A stretch of DNA of 64,000 nucleotides from Lophium mytilinum (Eukaryota). The notes beneath the pieces are model-generated. The model was not told the origin of the DNA and made no database searches. It worked only from the letters and a program-made list of their open reading frames with translations. Positions 61,966 to 64,000 of the stretch are shown piece by piece. The DNA lies in the NCBI GenBank assembly GCA_010093605.1, contig MU004197.1:310001-374000 (forward strand), written 5' to 3'. A program made the translations under genes and the position numbers. Numbering within the stretch: the first letter of the stretch is position 1; each line of letters starts with the position of its first letter.

Positions 61966-62358
61966 CAGGCATCTTTCTGCCATCTGTCTTCTCTGTCTTC
62001 GCCATCGTTCTCTTTGGCATCATTCGACCTCAACGCCAACCTTACTCGTCCACACCGAAACATGCTGGCACTGAATGGATAAGGTGAGAACCCTCCCGAC
62101 ATGTTGGGCGTAGACTTGCAGCTGGTTGCAGCGTTTCCCATATGGTCCCTGTGGCTTCGGCTGCAGTAGTGGCGGAGCTACGGCAATGATGCTGCAAGGG
62201 TTTCGCGAGGGGTTCGATTCCTTGAGGGGCCGCTGCATTGACACTAGGGGGGGTCGGGTTAGAGGTTCTTCGGATCCACCACACCGCATCTCCTCAGCTT
62301 AGGCACACAGCTGACGAAGTGGAAAACGGGCATGAGCATGCTTCTAGGAATCGGTCGT

Positions 62359-63414
62359 TCAGTCTTGCTTCGAACTCCTCGGTCTTCGTACGGTACCATG
62401 ACTTCTTGTCCTCGTCCCCATGCCAACCGTACATACGCGATGTACGGTTCCGGCCCGGCCTGTCGACGTTCTTTTCCGTTTACACCGGTGTCTTGGGCGG
62501 ATCGGAGGATTGGCTGAGCCTGATAATACCTTGCTGGCTTTTTTGTTTGGTTGACGACTGGCTTTTGCTATTCTGTTGGAGCGTTTGCGGCGTTGGTGGA
62601 TGACTTGGCTTGAAGGATTTGGCAGCTGAATTGGAGGTTCTGCAATCATTCCGCCTGGCGTTCCCTGATTAGTGTTAGATACTCGTGGTTTCACAAGTTT
62701 GCTTCAACTTGTTCTTACTTGTTCTTCTGATTTTAGCTGAGCTTCTTGAAGTATAAATTGACGAAGCAATTCTTCCGAGCATGGTGTGATGGTGACGTGA
62801 CGCAAAATGAGATCTGGTTGTTCTTTGGCCAGAATGAATGCTGCAGCTCGCCTAAAACGCTTTACAAGCTCGTCCACTCGTTCGTTTCCTTCGACAGAAG
62901 AATGGGCGGGAACCCATCGAAGCTCAACAGTAATTCCGACATCGTAAAGCATATTTGCGTATGTCAACAAGCTCTTCATCCAATCTGGGTTGGATAGAAA
63001 GCTGAAGATCGATCTTGATTGTATGCCTTGAAGTAATGACTGACAGTCAGTAAGTATCAGTAGACGGTCGAAATCGTTCATTAGTTCGCAGGCCTTGCGG
63101 AATGCTTCGTGAATGGCTATCATCTCTGCTTCAAGGGCAAATCTACTACCGTATGGAAGGGTGTTGAACGTGACGAGCTCCACCCAGTCCTTGGATGAAA
63201 AGTCCAGATACCTAACTGCGGCCGCAGTAAGTCTTTTCGCCCCTTTGACGCGAGGAGATCTTTCTACAGATCCATCGACCCATAGAACAAGGCAGCGCTT
63301 AATCAAACCTTGCTCATATATTTGATGACCATATTGAATTGCTGATGACCTATCCTGGATAACGATGTTGTCGGGAAACGGATATAAGGACTCTACGTTG
63401 CTTGGGGCGTCCAT
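62359..63414 (-). CDS. Stand-alone RNase HI-domain protein (probable intron 62665-62718)
   Basis: WVDGS, EAEMIAI, ILTDCQS, LRWVPAH..VEGNERVD (catalytic D/E/D/H/D set); GTAAGA..CTAAC..CAG intron joins a basic exon 2 in frame. Confidence 0.85.
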
Positions 63415-63789
63415 GACGTATACCGGAGCTTTCTAACGGGATGCAAATTTGCGTTATTCGGGGCAGTTTGATGAGAAAAGTAGAAACGAGCTTGGGTCTA
63501 CATCTAGGCTACTGGTGTGAGGAATTGTGCAATGTGTTAACATTTGGGCCGCTGAGTAGTGGCCCAAATTTGAGACAGCTGGCGTCCATGGGTCCAGATT
63601 TGGGCCAAGACTTGGCTTGCTTAATAACTGCTCAGTCTTGAACCCTTTGCATGCTCAGGTTAAAAGAATGAACTTTGGCGAGGTCAGTTCTTCCCTAAGA
63701 GTATTCTTACTTAATGTCGAGACTACCTTTGTAGGACTGGAATCGATAGATGACGGTTTAGCTGTCCAGCTGTCCTGACAGGGATTCTG

Positions 63790-63825
63790 CGAGCCGAGTC
63801 TTGGCACAAAGGCGGTGAGTGAATT
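63790..63825. repeat. 36-bp direct repeat, right copy
   Basis: Identical to 61037-61072. Confidence 0.95.
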
Positions 63826-63932
63826 TTTCCAGCAGGTGGGTCCGGTCTTCGATTTTCGCGAAAGAAAGTTCGGAGCTTCACTCTACATCCAGATACCCTT
63901 TCTTCGACCGTAAACTCGACCCTACCGCGATC

Positions 63933-64000
63933 ATGGGTGTCGGCAATCGCATGAAGAAGCAGGGTCCGCCAGGCCCGCTAGACGAATCGCTCGTTACGCG
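63933..64000 (+). CDS. NOP2: 5' end of a probable rRNA m5C methyltransferase Nop2 (runs off window)
   Basis: MGVGNRMKKQGPPGPLDES resembles the fungal Nop2 N-terminus; only 22 codons visible. Confidence 0.65.
   Translation, partial: MGVGNRMKKQGPPGPLDESLVT

Overview
Intron-rich eukaryotic DNA from a filamentous ascomycete (Pezizomycotina, inferred from GT-AG introns with CTAAC-type branch points and a RIP-mutated transposon). A conserved backbone (SES1, WAPL, FUR1/UPRT, ELF1, URC1/urg1-like, RPS1, ARC18, RFC3, ALE1, CWC27, HSP60, COF1, GET5-like, start of NOP2) is interrupted by accessory segments. The most striking is a ~13.5 kb island between RFC3 and ALE1. It holds (i) three tRNA-like elements with conserved acceptor/D/T arms but no canonical anticodon loop, (ii) six divergent paralogues of an unnamed protein family with a basic N-terminal 'PY(N/S)LR / LRSR' motif and a C-terminal C..HC...WAxW..A..GxxH.....C domain, and (iii) a RIP-inactivated 3.2 kb Mutator transposon with intact TIRs and TSD. 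Other oddities: a 2.7 kb RNase H-gene segment bounded by a 36-bp direct repeat between GET5 and NOP2, a ~0.9 kb fold-back candidate ncRNA between RPS1 and ARC18, a switch-like structured intron in URC1, and an orphan RGG/FG-rich protein. Exon boundaries were read by eye and are approximate; no database searches were run.
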